Shown here: one piece after another, positions 49,659-59,899 of the stretch | Position numbering within the stretch: the stretch's first letter is position 1 | How the letters are laid out: each line of letters starts with the position of its first letter | Source: Candidatus Methanophagales archaeon | GTDB lineage: Archaea > Halobacteriota > Syntropharchaeia > Alkanophagales > Methanospirareceae | Assembly (NCBI GenBank): GCA_030602585.1 | Contig: JAUVZJ010000002.1 | Location: 3,262 to 67,261, forward strand | Direction of reading: 5' to 3' | Length of the DNA: 64,000 bases | Notes under the pieces: generated by a model | What the model saw: only the letters and a program-made list of their open reading frames with translations | The model's database searches: none | Told to the model about the DNA's origin: nothing | Program-made: the position numbers and the translations under genes

Positions 49659-50507
49659 TTATTCCCGCATCTCCTCTATTATTTCCTTTATCTCTCTTAT
49701 ATCTTTTATCCTGAAATCTGCAACCTCAAAAACCTCTCCTGGTCTATCTGCTTCTTCTTGCAGCGATAGTACCGCTATATCCGCCTCCCGCATCGCAGGA
49801 TAATCATTCTTATCGTCACCTACCATCATCACCGTATGCTCATCCTTCAACTTCCTCACCAAGTCCCTCTTATCTTCCGGATTCATCATACCAAAAATAT
49901 TTTCTGGCGCCACGTCAGGTAAATATATCGCCATTTCCTCTTTCTCTATCCTATCCCCGGATGCAATAAATGTCAGGACACCTAACTCACGTAATTCTTT
50001 AAAGAGTTCGAGCGTTCCAGGGAAAAGATTTATACCACCGGCAATTGCATACCGTATCGCTTTTCCTACCATATCTATAATCAAGCCTATTCCCATTACC
50101 GGAAGAATATCACACCGCCTCAAAAGAGAGACCGTTTCGTGCACATCCCTTAACCTAACGGTTTTATCACTTAAAATTGCTTCCACCACTGCATCATCAC
50201 TCATCCCTTCTTTCTTATATATAACCTTCTTTTCTATTTTTTTCTCCTTCATCAAGTCCGATAATAATTTAGATGGGTCTTCTTTTTCCATCGTTTCTTC
50301 GCATCTTGTCTTCAAAATCATCATCGCACCCCTTTCAAGCCTGTCCGTGCAGGTTATTCCTGAGACCCTGCTACGCTTCATCACCCCTCTCTTCATGTCT
50401 TTTATAATCCTGAAAGGTGCGTATATAACGCCAGCACCATCAAAAACAACCGCTAAATCGGACTCTCGCCCCCTTTCCTCTTTTCCCTTCCTCTCCTTCT
50501 TATCCAT
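49659..50507 (-). CDS. HAD-superfamily hydrolase (phosphoserine-phosphatase-like)
   Basis: HAD motif IV is present (MMVGDDKNDYPAMREADIAV). Motif I-like VVFDGAGVI (DxAG variant) is also present. Confidence 0.55.
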   Translation of the reverse strand: MDKKERKGKEERGRESDLAVVFDGAGVIYAPFRIIKDMKRGVMKRSRVSGITCTDRLERGAMMILKTRCEETMEKEDPSKLLSDLMKEKKIEKKVIYKKEGMSDDAVVEAILSDKTVRLRDVHETVSLLRRCDILPVMGIGLIIDMVGKAIRYAIAGGINLFPGTLELFKELRELGVLTFIASGDRIEKEEMAIYLPDVAPENIFGMMNPEDKRDLVRKLKDEHTVMMVGDDKNDYPAMREADIAVLSLQEEADRPGEVFEVADFRIKDIREIKEIIEEMRE

Positions 50508-50584
50508 AATTTTAAAAGTATCAGAATGATAGATACAAATGTAAATATAATAAAATGAAGAATTAATAGAAATACAGAGATAAA

Positions 50585-52690
50585 ATGATGCAGGACCTGG
50601 TAACTGAGAAATGGGAGGACTTTCTGAAGAAGTATTACTGGAACGACCTCATAGCGATGTCGAATTCATATCCTGAAAAGCGTAGTTTGTTTGTCAAATT
50701 CTCTGAAATGGACATATATGACCCGAATCTTGCAGATATGCTTTTAGAAGACCCTGACGTAGCAATAGAAGCAGCAACAATGGCTTTGAGGGAAATGGAT
50801 ATTCCTACGGGTGTTACGCTCGACGAAGCCAATCTTCGTATAATAAAGCTTCCGAGAAGGCTGAAGATAAGGGATATTAGAAGCAACGACATAGGCAAGC
50901 TGGTGGGCATAGAGGGGTTGGTGACAAAAGCGACGGAGGTGAGACCGCGGATAGTAGAGGCGGTATTTGAATGCCCTTTTTGCCACCATATCTTCTCGGT
51001 AGCGCAAAGTGGGCGGCAATTCAAAGAGCCGGTGGAGTGTGAACAGGAGAGCGGGGGATGCGGGAGAAAGGTACAGCGGTTCAAGTTAGTGGTGGACAAG
51101 TCAAAATTCGCAAATGCGCAAAAGGTAAGGTTACAGGAGTCACCAGAGGAGTTAAGAGGTGGAGAATTACCGCAAGCATTAGACGTTAATCTGGAAGACG
51201 ACATTTCAGGCGAGGTATCTCCCGGCGATCGGGTAATTGTTACCGGTATTCTCAGGTCGTATCAGCGGACGACGCAATTTGGAAAGACGCCTTTCTTTGA
51301 TATATACCTCGATGGCAATTCGCTGGAGATAATGGAGGAGGAGTTCGAAGAGATAGTGATAACAGAAGAGGACGAGCGGGAAATAATGGAGTTGAAGAAT
51401 CAGCCGGATGTGTATGAGAAGCTCATAAGAAGCATTGCTCCTTCTATATACGGCTACGAAGAGATAAAAGAGGCGATGGTTCTCCAATTGTTCGCAGGCG
51501 TTCCAAAGGAATTGCCGGATGAGACGAGGGTAAGGGGCGACATACATGTGCTCCTCGTTGGTGACCCGGGGGTTGCAAAATCGCAGCTACTCACATACCA
51601 GGTGAAGTTAGCACCCCGCGGTTTATACACGGGAGGTAAGAGCAGCAGTGCCGCAGGACTTACCGCAGCCGCAGTTAAAGACGAATTTGGAGAAGGGAGA
51701 TGGACTTTAGAGGCTGGTGCTTTAGTGCTTGCAGACAAGGGAATAGCAGCGGTGGATGAGATAGACAAGATGCGAAAGGAGGACCGGGATGCGCTACACG
51801 AGGCGATGGAACAACAAACGGTGAGCATAGCGAAAGCAGGGATAATGGCGAGGTTGAACTCAAGATGTGCTTTGTTAGCGGCTGCGAATCCTAAATTCGG
51901 ACGCTTTGATAAATACACAGCGATTGCGGAGCAGATAAATATGCCACCTACGCTATTGTCAAGATTCGACCTCATTTTTACCATGATGGACAGACCAGAT
52001 GAAGAGATGGACACGAAGACTGCGGAACATATATTAGAGACGCATTACGCAGGTGAACTGCTTGCGAGGTCTAAAAACATAGGAAAAGTGGAAGAAGAGG
52101 AAAAGGAGCGTTTCCGTGAGGCGATGCAAACAATGGAGCCAGCAGTATCCGGCGAATTATTAAGGAAATACGTTGCATGGAGTAAGAGAAATGTATTTCC
52201 GGTGATGACCGAAGAAGCGCATAAAAAGTTTTTGGACTTTTACATCGGGCTTCGCAGGCAGGGCTATGAAGATGAAGATGCTCCCGTTCCCATAACGGCA
52301 CGGCAGTTAGAAGCGTTAATCAGGTTAGGTGAGGCGAGGGCGAGAGCCCGGCTAAGTGATAAAATAACGGCTGAGGATGCTGAACGTGTGATTAATGAGG
52401 TTACATACTGCTTGAAACGTGTTTTTGTTGACCCCGAAACCGGCAAGCTGGATACCGATTGGATAACCGTTGGCACAACAAAAACCAAAAGGGACCGTGC
52501 AAGGTCTATCCGCGAGATAATAAAGGAGTTGGAGAAGGAATACGGCGAGGAAGTGCCAATAGAAGAGGTGCTTGACCTCGCAGAGGAGGAAGGGATGGAA
52601 AGAGAAAAGGCTGAGGAGATGATCGAAGTGATGAAACGAGATGGAATACTGTTTTCGCCAGGAAGCGGTGTGATTAAGTTCGTGAGGTGA
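50585..52690 (+). CDS. mcm: Minichromosome maintenance (MCM) replicative helicase
   Basis: A zinc finger (CPFCHH..C..C), Walker A (GDPGVAKSQLL), Walker B/sensor elements, the arginine finger SRFDL and a C-terminal wHTH are all present. Length is 701 aa. Confidence 0.9.
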   Translation: MMQDLVTEKWEDFLKKYYWNDLIAMSNSYPEKRSLFVKFSEMDIYDPNLADMLLEDPDVAIEAATMALREMDIPTGVTLDEANLRIIKLPRRLKIRDIRSNDIGKLVGIEGLVTKATEVRPRIVEAVFECPFCHHIFSVAQSGRQFKEPVECEQESGGCGRKVQRFKLVVDKSKFANAQKVRLQESPEELRGGELPQALDVNLEDDISGEVSPGDRVIVTGILRSYQRTTQFGKTPFFDIYLDGNSLEIMEEEFEEIVITEEDEREIMELKNQPDVYEKLIRSIAPSIYGYEEIKEAMVLQLFAGVPKELPDETRVRGDIHVLLVGDPGVAKSQLLTYQVKLAPRGLYTGGKSSSAAGLTAAAVKDEFGEGRWTLEAGALVLADKGIAAVDEIDKMRKEDRDALHEAMEQQTVSIAKAGIMARLNSRCALLAAANPKFGRFDKYTAIAEQINMPPTLLSRFDLIFTMMDRPDEEMDTKTAEHILETHYAGELLARSKNIGKVEEEEKERFREAMQTMEPAVSGELLRKYVAWSKRNVFPVMTEEAHKKFLDFYIGLRRQGYEDEDAPVPITARQLEALIRLGEARARARLSDKITAEDAERVINEVTYCLKRVFVDPETGKLDTDWITVGTTKTKRDRARSIREIIKELEKEYGEEVPIEEVLDLAEEEGMEREKAEEMIEVMKRDGILFSPGSGVIKFVR

Positions 52691-52702
52691 TTTAGGGAAT
52701 AT

Positions 52703-54250
52703 TTAGACCAAAATATACCTATTTTGGGAATCTTTAATCACGAAGGGAGAAGGTTTTCTCCCTTGCATCCACGTCAATAATCCCTTTAAATCTCCGATAT
52801 CTTTGAAAAAGTTTTTATCTACTTTTTGGTATATCTCCTCCGCTGTGGCGCTTCCAAGTTCTCTTAGGATATTTTCTACGATAAAGAATCGGATATTCTT
52901 CCATTCTATTTTAGCATTATACTCGACGTTTCTAAATTCTACGTCATTTTCCAAATCCCAGAACCAGTCTATGAAATTATTCCTTGCATGTCTGAGAAGA
53001 GAAAAGTCAACGTTTTCTCTACCTTCAGCTCTTGCGAGGGATTTTGCTTCTCGTTTCAAGTTCTCTATACAGTCATTAGCTCGTATCTCTGATAAGATTT
53101 CTCTGTATTGTTCTGGCATCCTTTCACACAAAACTGTTTCTATGTCCTCTTTAATTACTTCTCGAAGTCTCTTCTCCTCTTGAGAGGATATATCTATTGA
53201 AGGCGTTTTTTGCCTCATGAAAACGACTTGCAGCCAAATATCCTCATCAATAGCCTTTGTTAAGGCATCATACTCTATTGCTGAAAACCTGCTCAAATTC
53301 GGGATAGAGACCTCGAACTCGAAGAATTTGTGAAGCATGTCCTTATGGAGTTGTCTCCCAGTGCTGTGAGATTTTATCATTGCTCCTAAGATGGAATATT
53401 CGCCTTTAAACGAAAACCTTTTTCTGCTTTCTTCATCCATGAGTTTGAAAGTTGAGCCTTCCACGGAACTCAAATAATTCCTGCCCGTAACAATCCTTTC
53501 GGCAACGTGTATCCCTATTCCACTCCCTATATCCACATTTCTACCTCTTAATCCTGATTTTGGAGGCGAAAACGACCTGTATTCCGGTGGCAACATCAGC
53601 TCCATCGTCTTGCATAATTCGTGTGCATAATCTGAGTCATCAAGAATAGATGCTAAGGAAATTCCTCCAACATCACCTAAAACAAAAGGAGAACTTACAA
53701 TAGGGGATTGTAAAGATTCTGTCAGGAGTTTTTCTGCATTGGTATTCTCCTCAATTATTTTACTGATAATTCTACTTTCAAAGGGCATGTCTACATAGAT
53801 GTAATCGCTTTCGAGTTCTTCCCAATCTTCTATTATTATTGCATATTCCCCGGTTGTGGATTTTGTGTAACTATTGAGAAGAGCAATCTTCTTAGAAGAT
53901 TTAATCCTGATTAAAGAGTAATCAGTTGGTATCTTGCCGGAAGGGAAGAAGGCTATCAAAGGATAAATAGAGCAATTTCTGAGTGCGGAGAGTCCTTTAC
54001 AGAGGTAATCTCCTTCTCCAAGATAAGTTAGCCAAGTGGACCTGATTTTGATTGGCACTGTATAATAGCACACATCCTCTAACGAAGCATGATATGGAAC
54101 ACGTTGGAAATTCTTCATCCATCCATCTATATCGTTTATTCTTTTTCTTTCAGACTTTAGAAATTCTGCATTGAGGTAACGTTCCCAAGGATATTTTTTA
54201 TCACTGTGTCTTCTCCATAGATACCATTCCTCGCTCTTTAAATGTTCCAT
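52703..54250 (-). CDS. Hypothetical 515-aa protein of unrecognised family
   Basis: A long ORF, co-directional and closely spaced with two small upstream genes. I recognise no motifs. A wHTH-like C-terminus is possible. Confidence 0.4.
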   Translation of the reverse strand: MEHLKSEEWYLWRRHSDKKYPWERYLNAEFLKSERKRINDIDGWMKNFQRVPYHASLEDVCYYTVPIKIRSTWLTYLGEGDYLCKGLSALRNCSIYPLIAFFPSGKIPTDYSLIRIKSSKKIALLNSYTKSTTGEYAIIIEDWEELESDYIYVDMPFESRIISKIIEENTNAEKLLTESLQSPIVSSPFVLGDVGGISLASILDDSDYAHELCKTMELMLPPEYRSFSPPKSGLRGRNVDIGSGIGIHVAERIVTGRNYLSSVEGSTFKLMDEESRKRFSFKGEYSILGAMIKSHSTGRQLHKDMLHKFFEFEVSIPNLSRFSAIEYDALTKAIDEDIWLQVVFMRQKTPSIDISSQEEKRLREVIKEDIETVLCERMPEQYREILSEIRANDCIENLKREAKSLARAEGRENVDFSLLRHARNNFIDWFWDLENDVEFRNVEYNAKIEWKNIRFFIVENILRELGSATAEEIYQKVDKNFFKDIGDLKGLLTWMQGRKPSPFVIKDSQNRYILV

Positions 54251-54271
54251 GAGTTTACTTTTTTATTTTGC

Positions 54272-54619
54272 TTAAATATTTAAATGGTTTTCAATCACCT
54301 TTTTATCCTCCTTCAGCCCATACAACTCATAAACCTGTTCGTCTATGCTTTTATCCAAATCCGCTATCTCTCGCTTTAAACCCTCTATTTTATCCAAATC
54401 CCCTTCGTATTCGTCCATTATCCTTTCAGCATCATCCTCAGAAGGAACTTCCATCCTCAACAAATCGTTCTTTATTATCCTATTCCCCTTCTTAAGAACC
54501 TCAAAAAGGAACTTTGCCGAACTCTCGGTCTTGAATGCAATATGGTCCTTCTTCGTTAACGCCACTTTGTATGTCATTCTTCCTTCAACGTCTTTAAAAA
54601 CATCTATTTTCAACCTCAA
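54272..54619 (-). CDS. Hypothetical 115-aa protein
   Basis: An ORF lying between the CopG-like gene and the 515-aa gene on the same strand. Confidence 0.35.
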   Translation of the reverse strand: MRLKIDVFKDVEGRMTYKVALTKKDHIAFKTESSAKFLFEVLKKGNRIIKNDLLRMEVPSEDDAERIMDEYEGDLDKIEGLKREIADLDKSIDEQVYELYGLKEDKKVIENHLNI

Positions 54620-54677
54620 AGGGCTGTAAGATTCTTTTGACAGTTCTATCTACAACATGGCAGCGCATTTAAAATAA

Positions 54678-54959
54678 TCACCTCTTCTGCTCTTCTAATT
54701 TCTCTTGCAACCACAAATTCAGAAGCGTATCCGCCGATACACCGCGTCTTTTGGCGATGGCTTGAATCTTTGCCGATAATTCTTTGTCAATGGCGTAATA
54801 TGTCACTTCGGATTGAATATCTATTTCAAATTCAACAGATTTGGTCTTATCCCAATAATCGGCGAGGTCGTGGGTGTCCCAAAACTCGCCTATTTCTTTA
54901 TAGCTCTGTGCCTCCGATATGGAACTTCTATTTTTGCTCATATTTCCTCCGTTCTGCAT
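54678..54959 (-). CDS. CopG/RHH-type antitoxin-like protein (BrnA/DUF3680-like)
   Basis: The signature EFWDTHDLADYWD is followed by a C-terminal RGVSADTLLNLWLQEKL. Both are characteristic of this antitoxin family. Confidence 0.5.
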   Translation of the reverse strand: MQNGGNMSKNRSSISEAQSYKEIGEFWDTHDLADYWDKTKSVEFEIDIQSEVTYYAIDKELSAKIQAIAKRRGVSADTLLNLWLQEKLEEQKR

Positions 54960-55076
54960 GTGTCATATCCCGTGCTGATATGATAAGCGCTTGCTTATCC
55001 TTCAAATAAATAGAATCGTCTATCTTTATATATTCCTCTTTTAGATAAAAGGTGTGAGATTTGACCGTGAAGAGCA

Positions 55077-56237
55077 ATGAAAAAAGTAGTGCTTGCATAT
55101 TCTGGCGGATTGGACACTTCAGTTTGCATTCCTTTGCTTAGAGAGCATTATGGCTACGACAAAGTGATTGCGGTAGTAGTGGACGTAGGACAGCCGGAAG
55201 ATGATCTAAAAGAGGCTAAGGAAAGAGGCGAGAGGCTTAGCGACATGCATAAGGTCGTAGATGCCAGGGAAGAATTCGTGCGTGATTATATTTTCCCGTT
55301 GATAAAAGCGAATGGCTGTTACGAGGGATACGTGCTTGGAACGGCAATAGCGAGACCGCTGATAGCAAAGAAAGTGGTGGAAGTTGCGAAAGAAGAAAAG
55401 GCAGATGCCGTAGCTCATGGCAGCACTGGCAAGGGTAACGACCAGCTCAGGTTCGACGCCGTTTTCAGAACCACAGACCTGGACTTAGTCGCGCCAGTGA
55501 GGGAAATGAGTTTAACGAGGGAAGAAGAGAAGCGGTATGCATCGGAGCACGGCATCTCTTTTGAAACAGAGAAGAGATGGAGCGTGGATGAAAATATATG
55601 GAACAGGAGCATAGAAGGGAGCGAGTTAGAAGACCCTTCCTTTTTCCCGCCTGAAGAGATATTTCAATGGACTGTTTCTGCGAATAAAGCACCTGAAGAT
55701 GGCGAGATTATAAAAATTGGGTTTGAGCACGGGATTCCCGTTTCGTTGAACGAGAGTAAGATGGACGGCATTTCGCTGATAAATAAGTTGAATGAGGTAG
55801 GTGGCAAGCACGGAGTTGGCAGAACTGATATGATCGAAGACCGAGTTCTTGGTTTCAAGTCAAGGGAGATATACGAGCATCCGGCTGCTACTATATTGTT
55901 AGAGGCGCATCATGACCTCGAACAGCTTATTTTAACGAGAAACGAGCTGAGGTTCAAAGAATTTGTTGATAGAGCGTGGAGTGAGCTGGTATATCAGGGT
56001 TTAGTTATGGACCCGCTTTTCGATAGTCTAAATGCCTTCGTGGATAAGACGCAGGAAAGGGTAAACGGCACGGTTTATATGAAACTGGAAAAGGGTGTTG
56101 CAAGAGTAGTGGGAAGAGAATCGCCAAACGCATTGTATTCGAAAGAAGTTTCATTTGATGTGAAGCAAGAGCAAATGATTGCGGAAGGATTTTCTATGTA
56201 TCACGGTTTTCAATCGAGGATTTTCAGTAAAAAATAA
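55077..56237 (+). CDS. argG: Argininosuccinate synthase
   Basis: The PP-loop AYSGGLDTS is present. Length is 386 aa. Confidence 0.9.
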   Translation: MKKVVLAYSGGLDTSVCIPLLREHYGYDKVIAVVVDVGQPEDDLKEAKERGERLSDMHKVVDAREEFVRDYIFPLIKANGCYEGYVLGTAIARPLIAKKVVEVAKEEKADAVAHGSTGKGNDQLRFDAVFRTTDLDLVAPVREMSLTREEEKRYASEHGISFETEKRWSVDENIWNRSIEGSELEDPSFFPPEEIFQWTVSANKAPEDGEIIKIGFEHGIPVSLNESKMDGISLINKLNEVGGKHGVGRTDMIEDRVLGFKSREIYEHPAATILLEAHHDLEQLILTRNELRFKEFVDRAWSELVYQGLVMDPLFDSLNAFVDKTQERVNGTVYMKLEKGVARVVGRESPNALYSKEVSFDVKQEQMIAEGFSMYHGFQSRIFSKK

Positions 56238-56271
56238 AATCTTCCTGATTTTATTCATAGAAGAGAATGCA

Positions 56272-57573
56272 ATGAAAGCAACAGTGCGAAGGTCAAAGAT
56301 AAAAGGCGAAATAATTGCACCACCCTCTAAAAGCTATACGCATAGAGCTATTGCAATAGCCTCGCTGGCGAAAAGAAGCGAGATTCTTTATCCTCTTATC
56401 TCCGAAGATACGAAAGCCTCGATTAACGCTGCGAAATGTTTGGGGGCAACGGTAGAGGTAGAGCAAGCGAGGAAAATAACGATAGAAGGCACTGAAGGGA
56501 GTCCGGGAACACCTGAAGACGTGATAAACGCCGAAAACTCCGGCACTACATTAAGATTCTTCACCGCTATTTCCTCTTTATGCGAAGGCGCTACTGTTTT
56601 AACAGGCGATGCTTCTTTGAGAAAGCGTCCGAATTTGCCTTTGCTTAAGTCGCTGAATGACCTTGGTTCAGAAGCGTTCTCTACAAAAGGAGATGGAACA
56701 GCGCCAATAGTGGTAAAAGGCAGGCTAAAAGGTGGAGAAACGACGATAGATGCATCCATCAGCTCGCAGTTCATCTCCGCTCTGCTCATCGCATGCCCGC
56801 TCGCAGAGAACAATTCCTATATTCTGGCAAACAATCTTTCTTCTGTGCCTTACATGAGAATGACAATCGAGGTATTAGAGAAAGCCGGGTTAGAAGTCCC
56901 TTTTTCTCGCTCGTCTAATGATTATTCTTTTCAAGTAGAAGGCGGGAAAACATACAGGTTACCGCGGTTTACGGTGCCGGGCGATTTTTCTTCCGCTTCC
57001 TATCTCTTAGCAACCGCAGCAATCACAGATTCCGAGCTGAAAATAAGGAACTTGTTCCCTTCTGCACAGGGCGATTCCAGGATAGTGGAACTATTGAATG
57101 CGATGGGCGCAGACATAAGCTGGAACAAGGAAAAAGGGATTATAGAAGTAAAAGGAGCTAAAGATGCTACGCTAAAAGGGATAAAGGTGGATATGCGCGA
57201 GAACCCGGACTTAGTGCCTACAATCGCGGTATTAGCGGCTGTTGCTGAAGGCGGCACTGAAATAACCGGTGTAGCGCATCTGAGATATAAAGAGACAGAT
57301 AGATTGAAGTTTATGGCAGAAGAGTTGAAGAAGATGGGTGCGAGAATAGAAGAGAAGGAAGACGGGTTGTTGATAGAAGGTGCGAAAAAGAAGGATTTAA
57401 AAGCGGCAAAGGTGTATTCCCACGGTGACCATAGATTGGCAATGGCTTTGTGTGTCGCTGCTCTTTCTGCCACAGGGGAAACAGTTATAGAGGATGCGGA
57501 ATGTGCTAAAGTTTCTTATCCTTCTTTCTTTGAGGATATGCTCGATTTAGGTGCCGATATGAACCTTTCTTAA
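56272..57573 (+). CDS. aroA: 3-phosphoshikimate 1-carboxyvinyltransferase (EPSP synthase). The track ORF starts at 56179, but the conserved N-terminus starts at the Met at 56272.
   Basis: Motifs present: IAPPSKSYTHRAIAIASLA, LRKRP and DHRLAMA. Confidence 0.85.
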   Translation: MKATVRRSKIKGEIIAPPSKSYTHRAIAIASLAKRSEILYPLISEDTKASINAAKCLGATVEVEQARKITIEGTEGSPGTPEDVINAENSGTTLRFFTAISSLCEGATVLTGDASLRKRPNLPLLKSLNDLGSEAFSTKGDGTAPIVVKGRLKGGETTIDASISSQFISALLIACPLAENNSYILANNLSSVPYMRMTIEVLEKAGLEVPFSRSSNDYSFQVEGGKTYRLPRFTVPGDFSSASYLLATAAITDSELKIRNLFPSAQGDSRIVELLNAMGADISWNKEKGIIEVKGAKDATLKGIKVDMRENPDLVPTIAVLAAVAEGGTEITGVAHLRYKETDRLKFMAEELKKMGARIEEKEDGLLIEGAKKKDLKAAKVYSHGDHRLAMALCVAALSATGETVIEDAECAKVSYPSFFEDMLDLGADMNLS

Positions 57574-57685
57574 GAAGAAATGTTTATCGAAAATCTTTTT
57601 TGAAAAATGGAAAAACTTTTAACTACATCTATTCTATTATTATATATCACTTAAAGAGAAGAGAGGTGCATCCAAAGAAGAAAAT

Positions 57686-58438
57686 TTGATTATGGTTTTT
57701 GCGAAGCAGAAGAGTTTTAGTGCTATGAGAGGCGCTACAATAATAAGCATTGGAAATGAGATATTGAGCGGGGATATTGTAGATACCAATTCTGCATGGC
57801 TTGCAAAGAGGTTATCAGCGCAGGGTGTTGCCGTAGAAAAGATAATGGTGGTGGGTGATGACGAAGAAGCGATATGCGATGCGATAAAAAGTTGCAATTC
57901 GGATTTTGTTTTTGTCATGGGCGGGATAGGTCCGACACATGATGACGTAACGAGAGAAGGAGTGGCAAAAGGCGTGGGTAACGAGCTGGAAAGAAATGAA
58001 GAAGCGGAAAGAAAGCTGAAGGAGAAATATAGCGTAAGTGGCTTATTATTAAAAATGGCGGATATGCCAACGGGATCAGAGATTATAGAGAATCCAGTAG
58101 GTGCAGCTCCCGGTTTTAAGATTGACAATGTTATCGTTATGCCAGGGGTGCCGGAAGAGATGCGAGGTATGTTCGCGGGTATCGCCTCGCTTTTTCGTGC
58201 TGAAGATGCGATAAAGGAAGAAGAATGGATAACAACGGATAAAGGAGAGCATGAGATATTGGAAGTGTTAAACGAATCAGTAAAGAGGTTTGCAGAGGTA
58301 CAAATAGGGTCTTATCCCTACATAGACAGGAACGAGGAAGGTGGAAAGCGGGCATACAAGTCGCGTATAAAACTCCTATCCGCAGACACGGAGGCGCTTA
58401 AACGTGCGAAGAGGTGGTTAGAGGAGAGAATATGTTAG
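57686..58438 (+). CDS. CinA-like molybdopterin-binding (MoCF-biosynthesis domain) protein
   Basis: Motifs present: ATIISIGNEILSGDIVDTNSAWLAKRL and FVFVMGGIGPTHDDVT. Confidence 0.65.
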   Translation: MIMVFAKQKSFSAMRGATIISIGNEILSGDIVDTNSAWLAKRLSAQGVAVEKIMVVGDDEEAICDAIKSCNSDFVFVMGGIGPTHDDVTREGVAKGVGNELERNEEAERKLKEKYSVSGLLLKMADMPTGSEIIENPVGAAPGFKIDNVIVMPGVPEEMRGMFAGIASLFRAEDAIKEEEWITTDKGEHEILEVLNESVKRFAEVQIGSYPYIDRNEEGGKRAYKSRIKLLSADTEALKRAKRWLEERIC

Positions 58439-58470
58439 TTTGTGGGTTTTTGAGGTGACGTAAGATAAGT

Positions 58471-59703
58471 ATGGAAATAGAGGAAGACCCGAAGGAAGAG
58501 TTAGAGATAGGGACTTTTAATGCGAAGGACGTGCTCGTGGGGATGAAGGACATATCAGGCTCAATGTTAGACCTCGCGTATTCCGCAGTTCTGTATAGTA
58601 ACCCCGAAATAGCGAAAGAGGTGTTTAAATTAGAGGAAAAGATGCATTCTCTTTTATATAAAGTTAGAATAGCGATAATGTTAGGAGCAAGGAACTTAGA
58701 AGATGCAATTGAATTCTCGGCAATATTACAAATCGCTTCTGCCGCGGAGAAAATATCTAATGCCGCAGGGGATATAGCAAAAATAGCCACTTCCGTTGAT
58801 ATAACGCATTATCTCGACCGTGAGGATTTTGAGGAAGCGGTAATAAATGTAAGGATAAAGCCCGCATCGGTGTTGAAAGATAAGACGCTGGAGACATTAA
58901 AGATCGAGACAGAAACAGGAATGCGAGTATTAGCGATAAAAAGGGGCTCTGAGTGGATGTATTCACCGGCTAAAAACGAGCGATTGCAGGAAGATGACCT
59001 GATTATCACTTCCGGTCCTACAGAGGGGATACCTGCTTTCTGTAAAATGGCAACAGGTAAGGAATATAAGGGGGAGGAGAAGGAGGAAGAGGAGGGCATA
59101 AAAAGAAGAAAGGTAACAGAAGAAATCGCTGACCTCATCGCAGATATGAAAAATATGTCAGAGCTGATGGTTGGTCTATCGTATTCCGCAGTTACTTTTT
59201 ATAGCAAAGAGATAGCAAAGGAAGTGAAAGATTTGGAAGAGTCAATGGACCGAATGAAGGATGAGTTGGAGATACTTGTGATAGAGGCGGCGAGAGGGAT
59301 AACGAAAAAGAGTAATTTTGATGAACTCCGGGGCTTGCTTCACGTTGCTGTTTCTTCTGAAATAATATCGGATGCGGCATACGAGATTGCAGATGTAGTG
59401 CTTCGTGGCATACAATTGCATCCAGTTTTTTTGGCTTCTATCGAAGAATCAGATGAGACAGTATTGAAGATGGAAGTGAAGAACGAGGATATATTCGGAA
59501 AGACGCTAAAGGAGTTAAAAATAGAGACACGAACTGGAATGTTTATACTGGCAATTCATAGAAAAGACGGCAGATGGGTTTATAATCCTGCGGGTGATGC
59601 GGAGATAAGGAATGGCGATTTGTTAATTATGCGTGGTCCACGAGAAGGAGAGGAGAAAATGAGAGAGATTTGTGGAGAAGTTAAAGTTAAAAATACAAAT
59701 TAA
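58471..59703 (+). CDS. PhoU-like / TrkA-C domain protein (two TrkA-C domains)
   Basis: Two copies of the TrkA-C pattern are present: GKTLxELKIETxTGMxxLAIxRxxxWxYxPxxxxxLxxxDLLIxxG. Confidence 0.55.
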   Translation: MEIEEDPKEELEIGTFNAKDVLVGMKDISGSMLDLAYSAVLYSNPEIAKEVFKLEEKMHSLLYKVRIAIMLGARNLEDAIEFSAILQIASAAEKISNAAGDIAKIATSVDITHYLDREDFEEAVINVRIKPASVLKDKTLETLKIETETGMRVLAIKRGSEWMYSPAKNERLQEDDLIITSGPTEGIPAFCKMATGKEYKGEEKEEEEGIKRRKVTEEIADLIADMKNMSELMVGLSYSAVTFYSKEIAKEVKDLEESMDRMKDELEILVIEAARGITKKSNFDELRGLLHVAVSSEIISDAAYEIADVVLRGIQLHPVFLASIEESDETVLKMEVKNEDIFGKTLKELKIETRTGMFILAIHRKDGRWVYNPAGDAEIRNGDLLIMRGPREGEEKMREICGEVKVKNTN

Positions 59704-59738
59704 GATTTTAATGTAAATAAAATAATGTATGGTATAGC

Positions 59739-59812
59739 GGGGTCGTGGCCTAGTCCGGGAGGGCAGCGGGCTCCAGACTCGCCGATCGTGCGTTCAAATC
59801 GCACCGACCCCA
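59739..59812 (+). tRNA. tRNA-Trp (anticodon CCA), intronless
   Basis: I folded this manually. The acceptor pairs GGGGTCG with CGACCCC. The D-arm is GCCT..GGGC. The anticodon stem pairs GCGGG with CTCGC. The loop is CUCCAGA. The T-arm is GTGCG-TTCAAAT-CGCAC. Confidence 0.75.
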
Positions 59813-59899
59813 TTTAATTTCTTAAGTAGGCAGGGCGAAATGCGACTTTAGACATTTACTTTTAAATTTTTGGTAAAGATTTTTACGTAGTAAAAAGGC

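Noticed and set aside
50520-50584. AT-rich region upstream of mcm, considered as a replication origin (ORB elements)
   Set aside because: I could not find recognisable ORB-type dyads or repeated boxes. Archaeal origins are usually next to orc1/cdc6, which is not in this window.
56179-56271. Long N-terminal extension of the aroA ORF ([15 protein letters not shown]...)
   Set aside because: The extension overlaps the argG 3' end and is not conserved-looking. The EPSP synthase homology starts at the internal Met (56272), so the shorter start was used.
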